In this document: positions 1 to 10,731 of the stretch, piece by piece
How positions within the stretch are numbered: position 1 is the stretch's first letter
How the letters are laid out: each line of letters starts with the position of its first letter
Origin: Octopus vulgaris
Taxonomy: Eukaryota
Length of the DNA stretch: 64,000 nucleotides
Assembly: GCA_951406725.2 (NCBI GenBank)
Contig: OX597816.1
Span: 9,362,001 to 9,426,000, forward strand
Reading direction: 5' to 3'
The notes under the pieces: generated by a model
What the model saw: only the letters and a program-made list of their open reading frames with translations
Databases searched by the model: none
What the model was told of the DNA's origin: nothing
Position numbers and translations under genes: made by a program

Positions 1-940
1 CCTTGCCTCTGCCTCAACAGGTCTTCACAAAGTGTCGCACACTTGCCTCTGCCTCAACAGGTCTTCACAAGTGTCACACACTTGCCTCAACAGGTCTTCA
101 CAAGTGTCATAAGAGGGAAGGTATGCACAGGTGAACTGACTACGTCGCCGGGTCTTCGGATGGTGTTTTTTGCCTCAACAGGTCTCCACAAGTGTCACAC
201 CCTTGCCTCTGCCTCAACAGGTCTTCACAAAGTGTCACACACTTGCCTCTGCCTCAACAGGTCTTCACAAGTGTCACACACTTGCCTCAACAGGTCTTCA
301 CAAGTGTCATAAGAGGGAAGGTATGCACAGGTGAACTGACTACGTCGCCGGGTCTTCGGATGGTGTTTTTATGTGCCACCGACACAGGTGCCAGATGAGG
401 CTGGCGAACGGCCACGATCAGATGGTGTTTGTTGTGCCCACAGCACGGGGGCCAGTCGATGCGGTACTGGCTACGGCCACGTTCGGATGGTTTTCTTGTG
501 TGCCACCGGTACTGGAACCACAAAGATACAAATTCCATTGATGTTCATCTATTTTGATTTGGTTTGATTTTCACTTGCCTCAACAGGTCTTCACAAGTGT
601 CATAAGAGGGAAGGTATGCACAGGTGGACTGACTACGTCGCCGGGTCTTCGGATGGTGTCTTTATGTGCCACCGACACAGGTGCCAGGTGAGGCTGGCGA
701 ACGGCCACGATCGGATGGTGTTTGTTGTGCCCACAGCACGGAGGCCAGTCGATGCGGTACTGGCTACGGCCACGTTTGGGTGGTTTTCTTGTGTGCCACC
801 GGCACTGGTACCACAAAGAATACAATTCCACTGATGTTCATCTATTTTGATTTGTTTTGATTTGATTTTCACTTGCCTCAACAGGTCTTCATAAGTGTCT
901 CAAGAAGGAAGCTATGCACAGGAGGACTGACTACGTCCCA
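1..940. repeat. Hierarchical tandem duplications in the LINE 3' UTR
   Basis: 1-170 matches 201-370 (200-bp period); ~279-571 matches ~572-868 (~295-bp period); short CTTGCCTCAACAGGTCTTCACAAGTGTC units; ~58-bp modules at 360-520 and 650-810. Confidence 0.9.
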
Positions 941-2951
941 GGTAGGGGCCATGTGTTATGGCCTGACTAGTCTTGTCTTGCCGGGTCTTCTCACGCACAG
1001 CATACTTCCATAGGTCTCGGTCTCTAGACATTTCCTTAGTGAGACCTAAAGTTCGAAGGTCGTGCTTCACCACCTCGTCCCAGGTTTTCCTGGGTCTACC
1101 TCTTCCACAGGTTCCCTCAACCGCTAGGGTGTAGCACTTTTGCACACAACTATCTTCAGCCTTTCTCGTCACATGACCATACCAGCGCAGCCGTCTCTCT
1201 TGCACACCACAACTGACGCTTCTTAGGTTCAACTTTTCTCTCAAGGAACTTACACTCTGACGATTATGAACACTGACATTACACATCCATCGGAGCATAC
1301 TGGCTTCATTTCTTGCGAGCTTACGCATATCCTCAGCAGTCACGGCCCATGTTTCACTACCATGTAGCATGGCTGTACGTACACATGCATCATACAGTCT
1401 GCCTTTTACTCTGAGCGAGAGGCCTTTTGTCACCAGCAGGGGTAAGAGCTCTCTAAACTTTGCCCAGGCTATTCTTACTCTAACAGTTACACTTTCAGCA
1501 CACCCACCCCCGCTACTGACTTGGTCTCCTAGGTAGCGGAAGCTATCAACTACTTCTAGTTTGTCTCCCTGGAACGTGGCAGAAGTTGGTCTCTGCACAT
1601 TTCCAGTGTTTATTGCTCCTGAGCATTTGCCACAGACAAAAACTATTTTCCTAGTTAGCCTTCCTTTGACATTGCTGCACCTCTTATGTGTCCATAGCTT
1701 ACACTTGGTGCATCTTATAGAGTTTCTACCTACACCTTTTTTACAGATCGAGCAGGGCCATCTACCTGAAGGCGTTTGTGATTGATCTACCTTCCTACTT
1801 ATTAGGACTTTGGTTTTGGCTAGGTTGATTCTAAGGCCCTTCGATTCTAATCCTTGTTTCCACACCTGAAACTTCTCCTCTAGTTCTGATAGTGACTCAG
1901 CAATTAGAGCAAGGTCATCAGCATAGAGGAGCTCCCAGGGGCAACCTGTCTTGAATTCCTCCGTTATTGCCTGGAGGACTATGATAAATAGGAGGGGACT
2001 GAGGACTGAACCTTGGTGGACCCCAACCTCTACCCGGAATTCTTCACTGTACTCGTTGCCAACCCTCACCTTACTAGCAGCGTCTCTGTACATGGCTTGC
2101 ACAGCTCTCACCAACCATTCTTCTATCCCTAGTTTCCTCATTGACCACCAGATAAGGGATCGGGGGACCCTGTCAAAGGCTTTCTCCAAGTCAACAAAAG
2201 CCAGGTACAAGGGCTTATCTTTGGCTAGGTATTTCTCCTGCAGCTGTCTTACCAGGAATATAGCATCAGTAGTACTTTTCCCTGGCACGAACCCAAACTG
2301 CATATCATCTAAGCTAACTCTCTCTCTAATTAGTTGGGCTATAACCCTCTCCGTAACCTTCATTACCTGATCCAGCAGCTTGATGCCCCTGTAGTTATTT
2401 GTCTCTAGGGCGTCGCCTTTACCTTTGTAGCAGTTGACTATTATGCTGCTACACCAGTCATTGGGTATGACCCCCTCGTGTATCACCTGGTTAACTATAC
2501 GGGTGACTAAGCTATAGCCGACACCACCAGATATTTTGAGCATCTCTGCAGTAATTCCTGATGGGCCTGGGGCTTTCCCTGTTTTCATGCTTCTAATTGC
2601 CTTATCTACTAAGGAACTGTTAACTCGGATTGCTGGTCCCTCTGTTGGGTCGACATTCGGCAGACTCTCTTTATCCCATTCATTTTCTTTATTCAGCAAC
2701 CTTTCATAGTGGCATCTCCAAACCTCTCTCTTTGCATCCTCATTTAGCGCAAGTGAACCATCATCCATGCGAACACACTTCTCTCCTACCACATCACGAT
2801 TCTCTCTCACACACTGTCTTGCAACACGAAATACCTCAAGTCTTTCATCCTCACGACGCAGGACATTGGCAAATTTTTCCTTATCTGCCTCCCCTTTGGC
2901 TAGATAGACCTGTCTCCTGGCTTCCCTTCTGGCAGACTGATACACTTCCCT
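912..2951 (-). CDS. LINE ORF, partial, 679 codons: reverse transcriptase with inserted PHD finger and RTE-type C-terminus
   Basis: Non-LTR RT motifs KAPGPSGI, NYRGIKLL, QFGF, FVDLEKAFD, GVHQGSVLSPLLF, LYADD (YADD at 1914-1925) and FRYLG, plus RTE-like C-terminus RRLRWYGHV..GRPRKTW..DRDLW. The poly-Ile N-terminus in the ORF track (2952-3071) is microsatellite and is excluded. Confidence 0.93.
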   Translation of the reverse strand, partial: REVYQSARREARRQVYLAKGEADKEKFANVLRREDERLEVFRVARQCVRENRDVVGEKCVRMDDGSLALNEDAKREVWRCHYERLLNKENEWDKESLPNVDPTEGPAIRVNSSLVDKAIRSMKTGKAPGPSGITAEMLKISGGVGYSLVTRIVNQVIHEGVIPNDWCSSIIVNCYKGKGDALETNNYRGIKLLDQVMKVTERVIAQLIRERVSLDDMQFGFVPGKSTTDAIFLVRQLQEKYLAKDKPLYLAFVDLEKAFDRVPRSLIWWSMRKLGIEEWLVRAVQAMYRDAASKVRVGNEYSEEFRVEVGVHQGSVLSPLLFIIVLQAITEEFKTGCPWELLYADDLALIAESLSELEEKFQVWKQGLESKGLRINLAKTKVLISRKVDQSQTPSGRWPCSICKKGVGRNSIRCTKCKLWTHKRCSNVKGRLTRKIVFVCGKCSGAINTGNVQRPTSATFQGDKLEVVDSFRYLGDQVSSGGGCAESVTVRVRIAWAKFRELLPLLVTKGLSLRVKGRLYDACVRTAMLHGSETWAVTAEDMRKLARNEASMLRWMCNVSVHNRQSVSSLREKLNLRSVSCGVQERRLRWYGHVTRKAEDSCVQKCYTLAVEGTCGRGRPRKTWDEVVKHDLRTLGLTKEMSRDRDLWKYAVREKTRQDKTSQAITHGPYLGRSQSSCA

Positions 2952-2970
2952 GATAATAATGATGATGATG

Positions 2971-3022
<52 letters not shown>

Positions 3023-3060
3023 CAATAATAATGATAATAATAATAAAAATTATAATGATA
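2952..3060. repeat. (GAT)n/(AAT)n microsatellite
   Basis: Directly visible. Confidence 0.95.
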
Positions 3061-4096
3061 ATATTGTTCATTGAAGAAGATAATGCAATTCATAAATTGC
3101 ATTCATCTTGAAAGCAAACTATCAATAAAATAAATTAATAAAATATTCATCAGGTTGCTTATTAGTCTTTTGTTTTCCAGCAAAGACGTTCGGCAAAGTG
3201 ATAAAAATATTCTTTTGTTTCAATCTATGATTATTGTCTTCTATTTCCTATAGAAATTTTAATAAAAAAAAAAAAATTCATTTCAGAAAATGTGTTTAAT
3301 AAACAATGATTTCTGAAATATTATGTATATCGAAAATGGTAATAGGAAACAATGAATAAACACAGATTTAGTTCTATGTTCTAAGAACAATGCTATAACA
3401 TATAGGACAAACTCTAATACACCAGCTTCGGGTGAATGCTTATCTATTTGTATAGTTTGTCGTCAAGATTAAGTTGGTTATCGGAAGATATTGTTGTTGA
3501 ATAAACAATGATAGATTTTGTCACTTTGGTGCCCATTTTTGATGTTACTAAGTAAATTTATAACAGGAAGGAAACGGTACAGAAAGGCATGTACTTTGAT
3601 AAAGATATAATGTTAGTCCTTGTCTTCTTTGTACAGTTTGAACCAGGGATCTATAGCTCCAAACTATTAGCATTCAATTTCTAATAATGATACAGGAATT
3701 GACATAATATGGTATAAATGTGGTTTTGTTATAATTAGGAGGCAAATTTTGTATTATCTTTCTTTAAAGCACAGTGATTGAAGCCAAGCAATTTCAAAGA
3801 AAAAGAAAGAAGATAGAAATGAAGGAAGAAAAAAAATAATTGATTAAATAATATTTCTAAATAAAATTAATTTTTTATTCAGAGAGTTTATTTAATCATC
3901 TTATTTAACTAAAAATTAGGAAGCAATCTGATTGGGTAAATTCTTGAAAGGATATGCAGCAGTAAAAAAAAAAACAAATTGAATAAAGTATGACGTTTTC
4001 AGTCACTTCAGCTGATGAAGGAAAAGAAAGAAAATACACATTGTATATACATATTATTATATATAAATACACACATACACACACGCTAAATGTATA

Positions 4097-4560
4097 TCAT
4101 CATCATCATCATCACCATTATTTAACATCCATCTTACATGTCGGCATGGGTGGATGGTTTGACAGGATCTGATGAGTTGGAACTATGTGTCATGCTTCAA
4201 TGTCTCATCATCATCATTGTTCGACCGTGGTCGAGACAATGGAATTTACCATGCCACGCCAGACTTCACGGTCCATCATGGCATTACAGAGGTCCTGTTG
4301 CTGGATGCCTGTATCCCTGGAGATTACATCAGGGTAGGAGAGTGTGCGCCCTCTGGTATTGCGAGTAGATGGCTTCCAGAGGAGAAGAGTAGAAATTACT
4401 TCTTTTTCAGCTCTACAACAATGTCCAGCAAACTGGACTCTCCTACCCTTCACAAGAGATGTCTACTTTGACATGGTTTCTACAGCTAGATGCCTTTCCT
4501 AACAATAACCGCTTTTACAAAGTGTACTGGGTGCATTTTTTGTGACACTAGCACTAGTGA
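4097..4560 (-). mobile_element. Old RTE 3'-end element interrupted by a younger LINE fragment
   Basis: (CAT)n tail then TTTAACATCC..CATGTCGGCATGGG; resumes after the insert with TTTCTACAGCTAGATGCCTTTCCTAAC. Confidence 0.7.
4206..4458 (-). mobile_element. 5'-truncated LINE of a second RTE-related family (ORF C-terminus only)
   Basis: Open frame RRVQFAGHCCRAEKEVISTLLLWKP..GRTLSYPD..DREVWR ends directly in a (TGA)n tail; 6-bp TSD ATGTCT at 4200-4205 and 4459-4464. Confidence 0.8.
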
Positions 4561-4919
4561 TGATTGTCTCATAAGTTGCAAGGTTAAGGGACCTAATGTG
4601 GCCTCTATAACTGAGAGGGGAGAGAAAGTAGAAGAAAGAGGATGTAATGAATGTGGGTAGGGGATGAGGGAAAGTAAGATGAAAAGATATGTCTTCCTCA
4701 TTTTAGTGTCCACATTTATATCTATGTAAACATGGAAATGTAGACATTAAAATGAGGATGTGTTTGTACTTTTATATATATATACTTTTATTAAAGCTGC
4801 ATACTTATCACAAAAAGAGTTTTTGTGATAATTTGGCAGCTCTAATTAAAGGATATTACTCTACTTTTGGTATTCGAGTACTATTTTTACCACGTTATTT
4901 TGCACTTATGTGCTCATTT

Positions 4920-5088
4920 GTGTGTATGTGTGTGTGTGTGTATACATGTATAGATATATGTATATGTATATATACATACATACATGTGTATGTATGTATG
5001 TATGTATGTATGCATGTATGTATGTATGTATGTATGCATGTATGTATGTATGTATGTATGCATGTATGTATGTATGTATGTATATGTG
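4920..5088. repeat. (TG)n/(TATG)n microsatellite
   Basis: Directly visible. Confidence 0.95.
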
Positions 5089-5729
5089 TTCAGCCTAAAA
5101 ATCTCAGCTCCTCACTGGACTGAATTTTTCTGTTGACATTAAAGCTGCTTGTTTTACAAGATACTCACTAAAAGAATATCAAAGAAATAAAGAACAAAGT
5201 TCATTTTCAATAAGTGATCAAATGATGTCAAACAAGAACAATAACTTGAGAAGATTCCTCTTTTCTTCCTTGTCTTGTTTCAAGTTCTATTTCTGAAATA
5301 GGTACAAGGTAAAATATTCTAGACTTTATGTATGGAAAGAGACAATACTAAACTTAGTGAGGCACAGGTTGGAGTGATGGCTATTGATAACTGAAGCAAG
5401 ATGAGTTTAGAGAACATGGTTTTTGGGGGGTAAGACTAAGTAGAAAGAAATCAATACGACACAACTGGTAGATTTTTATATTGTTTTTATTAGTATATAT
5501 TATTGAACAGAGGAAATAGCAAACCTATAGATAAAAGTATAAATGCTATTTCTGGTAAGTTGAAACAAATAGATAAATGACTACTAGAGAAAACATCAAC
5601 ATTTTTTTTGTTGTTTCTGTAATCCTGGGTGATTGTCATGTGATCTATAAATGTGTTAAATAATCTCACTACAAAGAGATAATACAGCAGTGAACAATTG
5701 AGCTAATTTCTCCTTTGATGTAAAATATT

Positions 5730-5935
5730 CTTTTACTTGTTTCAGTCATTGGAGAGCAGCTATGCTGCAGCATTGCTTTTTATGATTCTCTTCAAACCAC
5801 TCAACTCCAGTAGTTATTTTAAGTTTGGTATTTATTCTAAAGATCTCTTTTGCCAATCTGCTAAGTTGGGGAATGCAAATGAACCAGCACCACTTGTCAG
5901 GTAGTGCTGGGTAAACATAAACACCATGACACACA
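5730..5935 (-). mobile_element. Diverged 3' half of the (GTAAAAGA)n-tailed SINE
   Basis: TTTTACTTGTTTCAGTCATT..GCTAAGTT similar to 10732-10930. Confidence 0.7.
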
Positions 5936-5974
5936 TATGCATACATACATGTGTGCGCACACACACACACACAC

Positions 5975-6151
5975 TAGAGGGGACTAGTTGATTACATCAA
6001 CCCCAGTGTTTCACTGGTACATAATTTATCAACCTTGAAAGGATGAATGGTAAAGTCGACCTCAGCGGAATTTCAACTCAGAACATAACAATGGCTGAAA
6101 TACTGCTAAGCATTTTGGCCAGCATGCAAACAATTCTGCCAGCTCACCACC

Positions 6152-6206
<55 letters not shown>

Positions 6207-6755
6207 CAACAACAGTTTTTCTTCTTTCAATTTTGTTTCCATTTCTTGCTGAGTGTCTTCCCAACAATAAGTTTTATTACTATTATTATTATTATTAGTA
6301 GTAGTAGTAATAGTGGTATTAGTAAAATGGTGAGAATTATAAGTGTGTCAGACAAAGCACTTCATGGCATTTCTTCTGGCTCTTTACATTCTGAGCTCAA
6401 ATTATGCTGTGGTTGATTTTGCCTCCCACCCTCTCAGGTTTGATAAAATAAATACCAGTTTAGCATTGGGGACGGAGTAATGAATGTAAGCCTTTCTCTA
6501 AAATTGCTGGCCTTGTGCCAAAATCCGAAACCATTATTATTATTATTATGACAAGTTAGTGAGCTGGCAGAATCTCTAGCATGCTGGCCAAAATGCTTAG
6601 CGGCACTTCATCTGTCTTTATGTTCTGAGTTCAAATTCTGCCAAGTTTGACCTTGCCTTTCATACTTTCAGGGTCAATAAAACAAGTATCAGTTGAGCAT
6701 AGGGGTTACCCAAAATTGCTGGCCTTGTGCCAAAATTTGAAACTATTATTATTAT
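5975..6755. mobile_element. Cluster of three Meta-domain tRNA-derived SINEs: ~5975-6152 (-), ~6327-6545 (+), ~6556-6755 (+), with (AAT)n/(TTA)n tracts
   Basis: GAGCTGGCAGAA head, B-box-like GAGTTCAAATTC and GCCTTTCATCCTTTCGGGGTCGATAAAATAAGTACCAG-like central domain resembling the MetaSINE domain. Confidence 0.75.
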
Positions 6756-8280
6756 TCATTACAAAATTTTAGTACCCTAAAAGTCAATATAGCCATGAGC
6801 ATGCATTTTAATGAATACACTTACTGAAATTGCATGTGTGTGTATATATGTATATATGTGTATAGTTATATATATATATATATATATATACATACACACA
6901 AACACACACACACACACATACATATCCTATAAATACATGCTGATACCAAATATACTATCTTTAAGATAGCAAGTTAGCACTAGGACACATTCCTACACAC
7001 ATGCATACATGCACACATACACATAGTTGTATAGTCTCTGCTTGTGTGTATGTTGACTATAAAACTTTATGGTTGCAAGTGTCAAACTATTTTTATAATA
7101 AAAGTTTTACTTTGAACAATTCAATTTTGTTGGGGCACAAAAATGTGCATTTTAATACTAAACTTTATCTAAGTAAACTGTTTACAAATTTTAGGTTTAA
7201 AATGTTATTTGATTGTAATGAAATCTGGCAGTTTTTCCATTATTCTTTCTGTACATTAACATTAATAAGCTGCCATGTTTCAAAACGGTACAGAAGTCAC
7301 TTTATAGATGTTTGTTCATGTGTGCATACATGCCAGTATGTGTGTCTGCATATATAAATATATATATATATATACACACACACTCACATATATACACAAA
7401 CACTCATGTATATATATATATATGCGTGTGAATGTATATATACACTGATGTATACACATTTATTTCTGTTGAGAAATAGAAGCTTAAAATTCTCTTTCTG
7501 ACTTAATAAAGATTTCTTTTAATACCAGTAAAACTGTAATGTAGTTTCTGTTTTTGTTGTTTGGTGGGGTGTGTGGTTGTTTTGTCATAAAGAGAAATAT
7601 ATTGATTTTTATGTTACAGCTAAAACTTCAAGAAATGAACACAAGTCTATGAAAATTGAGGTTGCAAAGTCACATCAACACGGTTTCTTCGAAAGTAAAG
7701 ATTATTCCCTGTTTACGCTCCAATTACTATGTTTTAGGCCTGTCAGATTTACAATAACATAAAATAATAAATGGAAGGAAGTACAAAATTTAATGAACAC
7801 GGGAAATACCATTAGGAAAGAAATGGAAGATAGATACTGCCATAGAAATAAGGTGTTTTATTATGGCCTAATTAATAATTGTAATATTTGTTTGAACCTC
7901 CTTGCTGCCAAAGTTTAAATTCCATCAAGGTGGGTTTGTTTTTTTTAAATATCTATCATGAAAGCTGGCATAAATACCGCAACAGAAAACAAGCATAAAA
8001 TATTTTATGATGGAACATTGCAAATTTATAGTATACCGCTTCTCTGAATTTAAATATGAATATGATGTCTCCATAGACTTTAAGGCATCATAAAGTCGGT
8101 GCTTAGCAATGGATTTCATAGATTTAAAATCGGTGAGAGAGTAAGAGAGAAATCATGAGGAGAGAATGTCAAGTCTTTTACAGATAGTGTTACTACAAAA
8201 TCTGTGAAGCTATTTTACATAGAGAAGTGAAGCAAGGCACAAAAAAATAAGGACCCTACACATAAAAATGCTGTCATTAA

Positions 8281-8500
8281 AGGTAGCAAATTAGCAAAAT
8301 CATTAGAGCAGTGGATAAAATGCTTGGCAGAATTTGTTCTGCCTCTCTTCAAATCATGTTGAAGTCAACTTTACTTTGCATCATTTTTTTTTCATCAAGG
8401 GGGCAGTGGTACAAAATAAAGTACCAGTCAACTACTGGGGTCAATGATACTGATTAACATCCTCCTTTTAAAATTGCTGGTAATGTACCTAAATTGGTCA
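8281..8500 (+). mobile_element. Old Meta-domain SINE
   Basis: GAAGTCAACTTTACTTTGCATC..AAAATAAAGTACCAGTCAACTACTGGGGTCAATG. Confidence 0.6.
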
Positions 8501-9009
8501 TCGTTATTTATCAAATGTGCTCACCTTTATATACTTCTAAATAATATATATAAATCTGAAATACCCATCTCCACATGTAGTAATTGCAATCATTTAACCT
8601 CAGGTTAGCCACTATAGGGTCAAAGGTGTTCCAACCATTCCAAGTACCTTTTATTTCATAGACATTTAATATAATGAAAACATAGTCTAATGTGTTCTTC
8701 CTGGTGTCAGATAGTAAAGTGTAATTTGAGGAAGAGTTGTCAGCTATTTATAACAGAATGAGAGACAATATGACAGTTCCATCATTGGTGGTTCATCAAA
8801 TGTACAAACTGTTTCTTATAAAACAAATGTTTCACACTTAAGCAAGCACTTCTATCTATTTTCTACATGGCTGTCAATACTTACAGTTATTATTATCACA
8901 ATTAGATTTTAAGCATAATAAATTTATTCATTCAACTTTAAACAACTTATTTATTCAAGTTTAATCAACTTATTTATTCAAATTTACTTTGTCAATTTAT
9001 TTTAGCTGA

Positions 9010-9460
9010 AGTTAGTGAGCTGGCAGAATTATTAGCACACTGAACAAAATGCTTAGTGGTATTTTATCCACTGGCAGAATCGTTAGCATGCCGGGCAAAA
9101 TGCGTAGTCGTATTTCGTCTGCCGTTACGTTCTCAGTTCAAATTCCGCCGAGGTCGACTTTGCCTTTCATCCTTTCGGGGTCGATTAAATAAGTACCAGT
9201 TACGCACTGGGGTCGATATAATCGACTTAATCCGTTTGTCTGTCCTTGTTTGTCCACTCTGTGTTTAGCCCTTTGTGGGTAGTAAAGAAATAGGTATTTT
9301 ATCCATATTTACATTCTGAGTTCAAATTCCACTGAGGTCTACTTTGCCTCTTATTGTTTCAGGCCAATGAAATAGATATGAGTTGGGCATTGGAGTCAAT
9401 ATAATCAATTAGCCTCTTCCCTTAAAACTTCAGACTTTTTGCCTATAATCGGATTATTAA
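9010..9460 (+). mobile_element. Older Meta-domain SINE, host of a nested SINE
   Basis: Head at 9010-9070; resumes at 9293 with TTCTGAGTTCAAATTCC. Confidence 0.75.
9071..9292 (+). mobile_element. Young CpG-rich Meta-domain SINE
   Basis: Highly similar to 41920-42086; 13-bp direct repeat GGTATTTTATCCA at 9058-9070 and 9293-9305. Confidence 0.88.
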
Positions 9461-10044
9461 AGTTTAAGCTGAACAAATTTATTCATTCAAATTTAATGAA
9501 CTTATTTATTCAAGTTTAATTAACTTATTTATTCAAATTTACTTTGTCAATTTTTCTCTCCCTTTAAATTTCCTGAAAGTTCTGATCTTGTCTGTAACGA
9601 CTCCATAACGAAATAATTTTTTCACAGCACACTTTGAAAAGCCATAGATTCAGGCAAATAATTCTGAATTACATATGTTATATATTATAGAAAGTTTCCT
9701 ATATGAATCAGAAGTGTTGAAAGATGTTAAAGTTGAGAATCTGAGAATAATAACCGTTTCAGCTTGTGAATGGAAAATATTAAAAGAAAAGCAGAAACAA
9801 AATTTTACTTGAAGCATTTTACTTTCTTTTTATATTTTCAGAAAGGAGATAAAATAAAATTCAATTTGAACATTGATATCAATGTATAGCACTTTCAGCT
9901 GTGTAAATGGCTAAAAGATTTTAGGAAATTGTTGAAGTTGTTTTCAAATATTTGGAATCAAATAAGAGATTTCGCATTCAAGAGGCTAATCATTTCTAAA
10001 ATATGCATATCAACACCCCCATTTACACATCCATACTACTATCG

Positions 10045-10300
10045 ATACTAATCACCGTTTTCATCATTGTTTTAACATTCCCTTTTCCATGTTTACTTGA
10101 GACAGACAAAATTTGTTAAGGCAAATTTTCTATGAATGAATGCCCTTTCTATTGTGAGCCTTCACCTGTTTCCAAGTAAGGTAATATTTACCCATGACAC
10201 ATTTTCATGGAAAATTGGAAATAAAGGACATTACTTGCATGACAGTGACACTTACAATGGTCATACAATGTCAAGGTAAGGAAATAGCAATACACACACA
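10045..10300 (-). mobile_element. 3' part of the SINE family that ends in the RTE-type tail
   Basis: TTTAACATTCCCTTTTCCATG..GCCCTTTCT..CACCTGTTTCCAAGTAAGG; matches 35240-35460 and the reverse complement of 25690-25900. Confidence 0.7.
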
Positions 10301-10335
<35 letters not shown>

Positions 10336-10571
10336 TCATCATGTTTTAAATTCAGGTTTTGTCCCTGTTAATGGGGGTGACCGGATCTACCTCAATGCCA
10401 TAGCAACCAAGGTAGGCAGGTGCAGCCTTTGCTATCATGAGGCTTTTTATAATTAAGATTCAGTTGAATTAGGCACTTAAATTGAGGCACCAAGTCAGTT
10501 TGGTATAGTCTGCACAGCTCCAAGTTAGGTGAACAGAATGTAAATAAGTAACAAGGATGTGCAGGTATCAA

Positions 10572-10658
10572 TACATTACAGCTGTTTCGAGTGGCTCCAT
10601 TTAATCAATCAATGAAAATATTACATCAATTTGAAAGAAACCGCTCTCCTCTGGCATA
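10572..10658 (-). ncRNA. Degenerate type I hammerhead-ribozyme-like motif (Penelope-type)
   Basis: Minus strand: UAUGC CAGAGGA GAGCGGUUUC..GGAGCCACUC GAAA CAGCUG UA AUGUA. Core CUGANGA has a U>A change; helix II is long and helix III is palindromic. Confidence 0.5.
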
Positions 10659-10731
10659 GATGACCATATAGATTTCCAACATAAAGGATAAACCATTCTT
10701 AATAAATTTACATCAATACTAGAAAATAAGT

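Larger units (their letters stand above)
1..2951 (-). mobile_element. RTE-clade non-LTR retrotransposon, 5'-truncated (no endonuclease domain); 3' end runs out of the window
   Basis: Uninterrupted RT ORF at 912-2951 followed by a repetitive 3' UTR (1-911) that matches short (GAT)n-tailed elements elsewhere (27411, 51303). The 5' junction abuts a (GAT)/(AAT) microsatellite at 2952. Confidence 0.93.

Noticed and set aside
43-881. Repeated short ORFs, and the repeat units as a CRISPR-like array
   Set aside because: They are tandem duplications of LINE UTR; there are no unique spacers and no cas genes, and the context is eukaryotic.
2952-3071. Poly-Ile N-terminus of the 719-aa ORF as a signal or transmembrane segment
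   Set aside because: It is the in-frame reading of a flanking (TTA)/(TCA) microsatellite beyond the LINE truncation point.
4005-4035. CTGATGA followed by GAAA
   Set aside because: No helix II or III can form.
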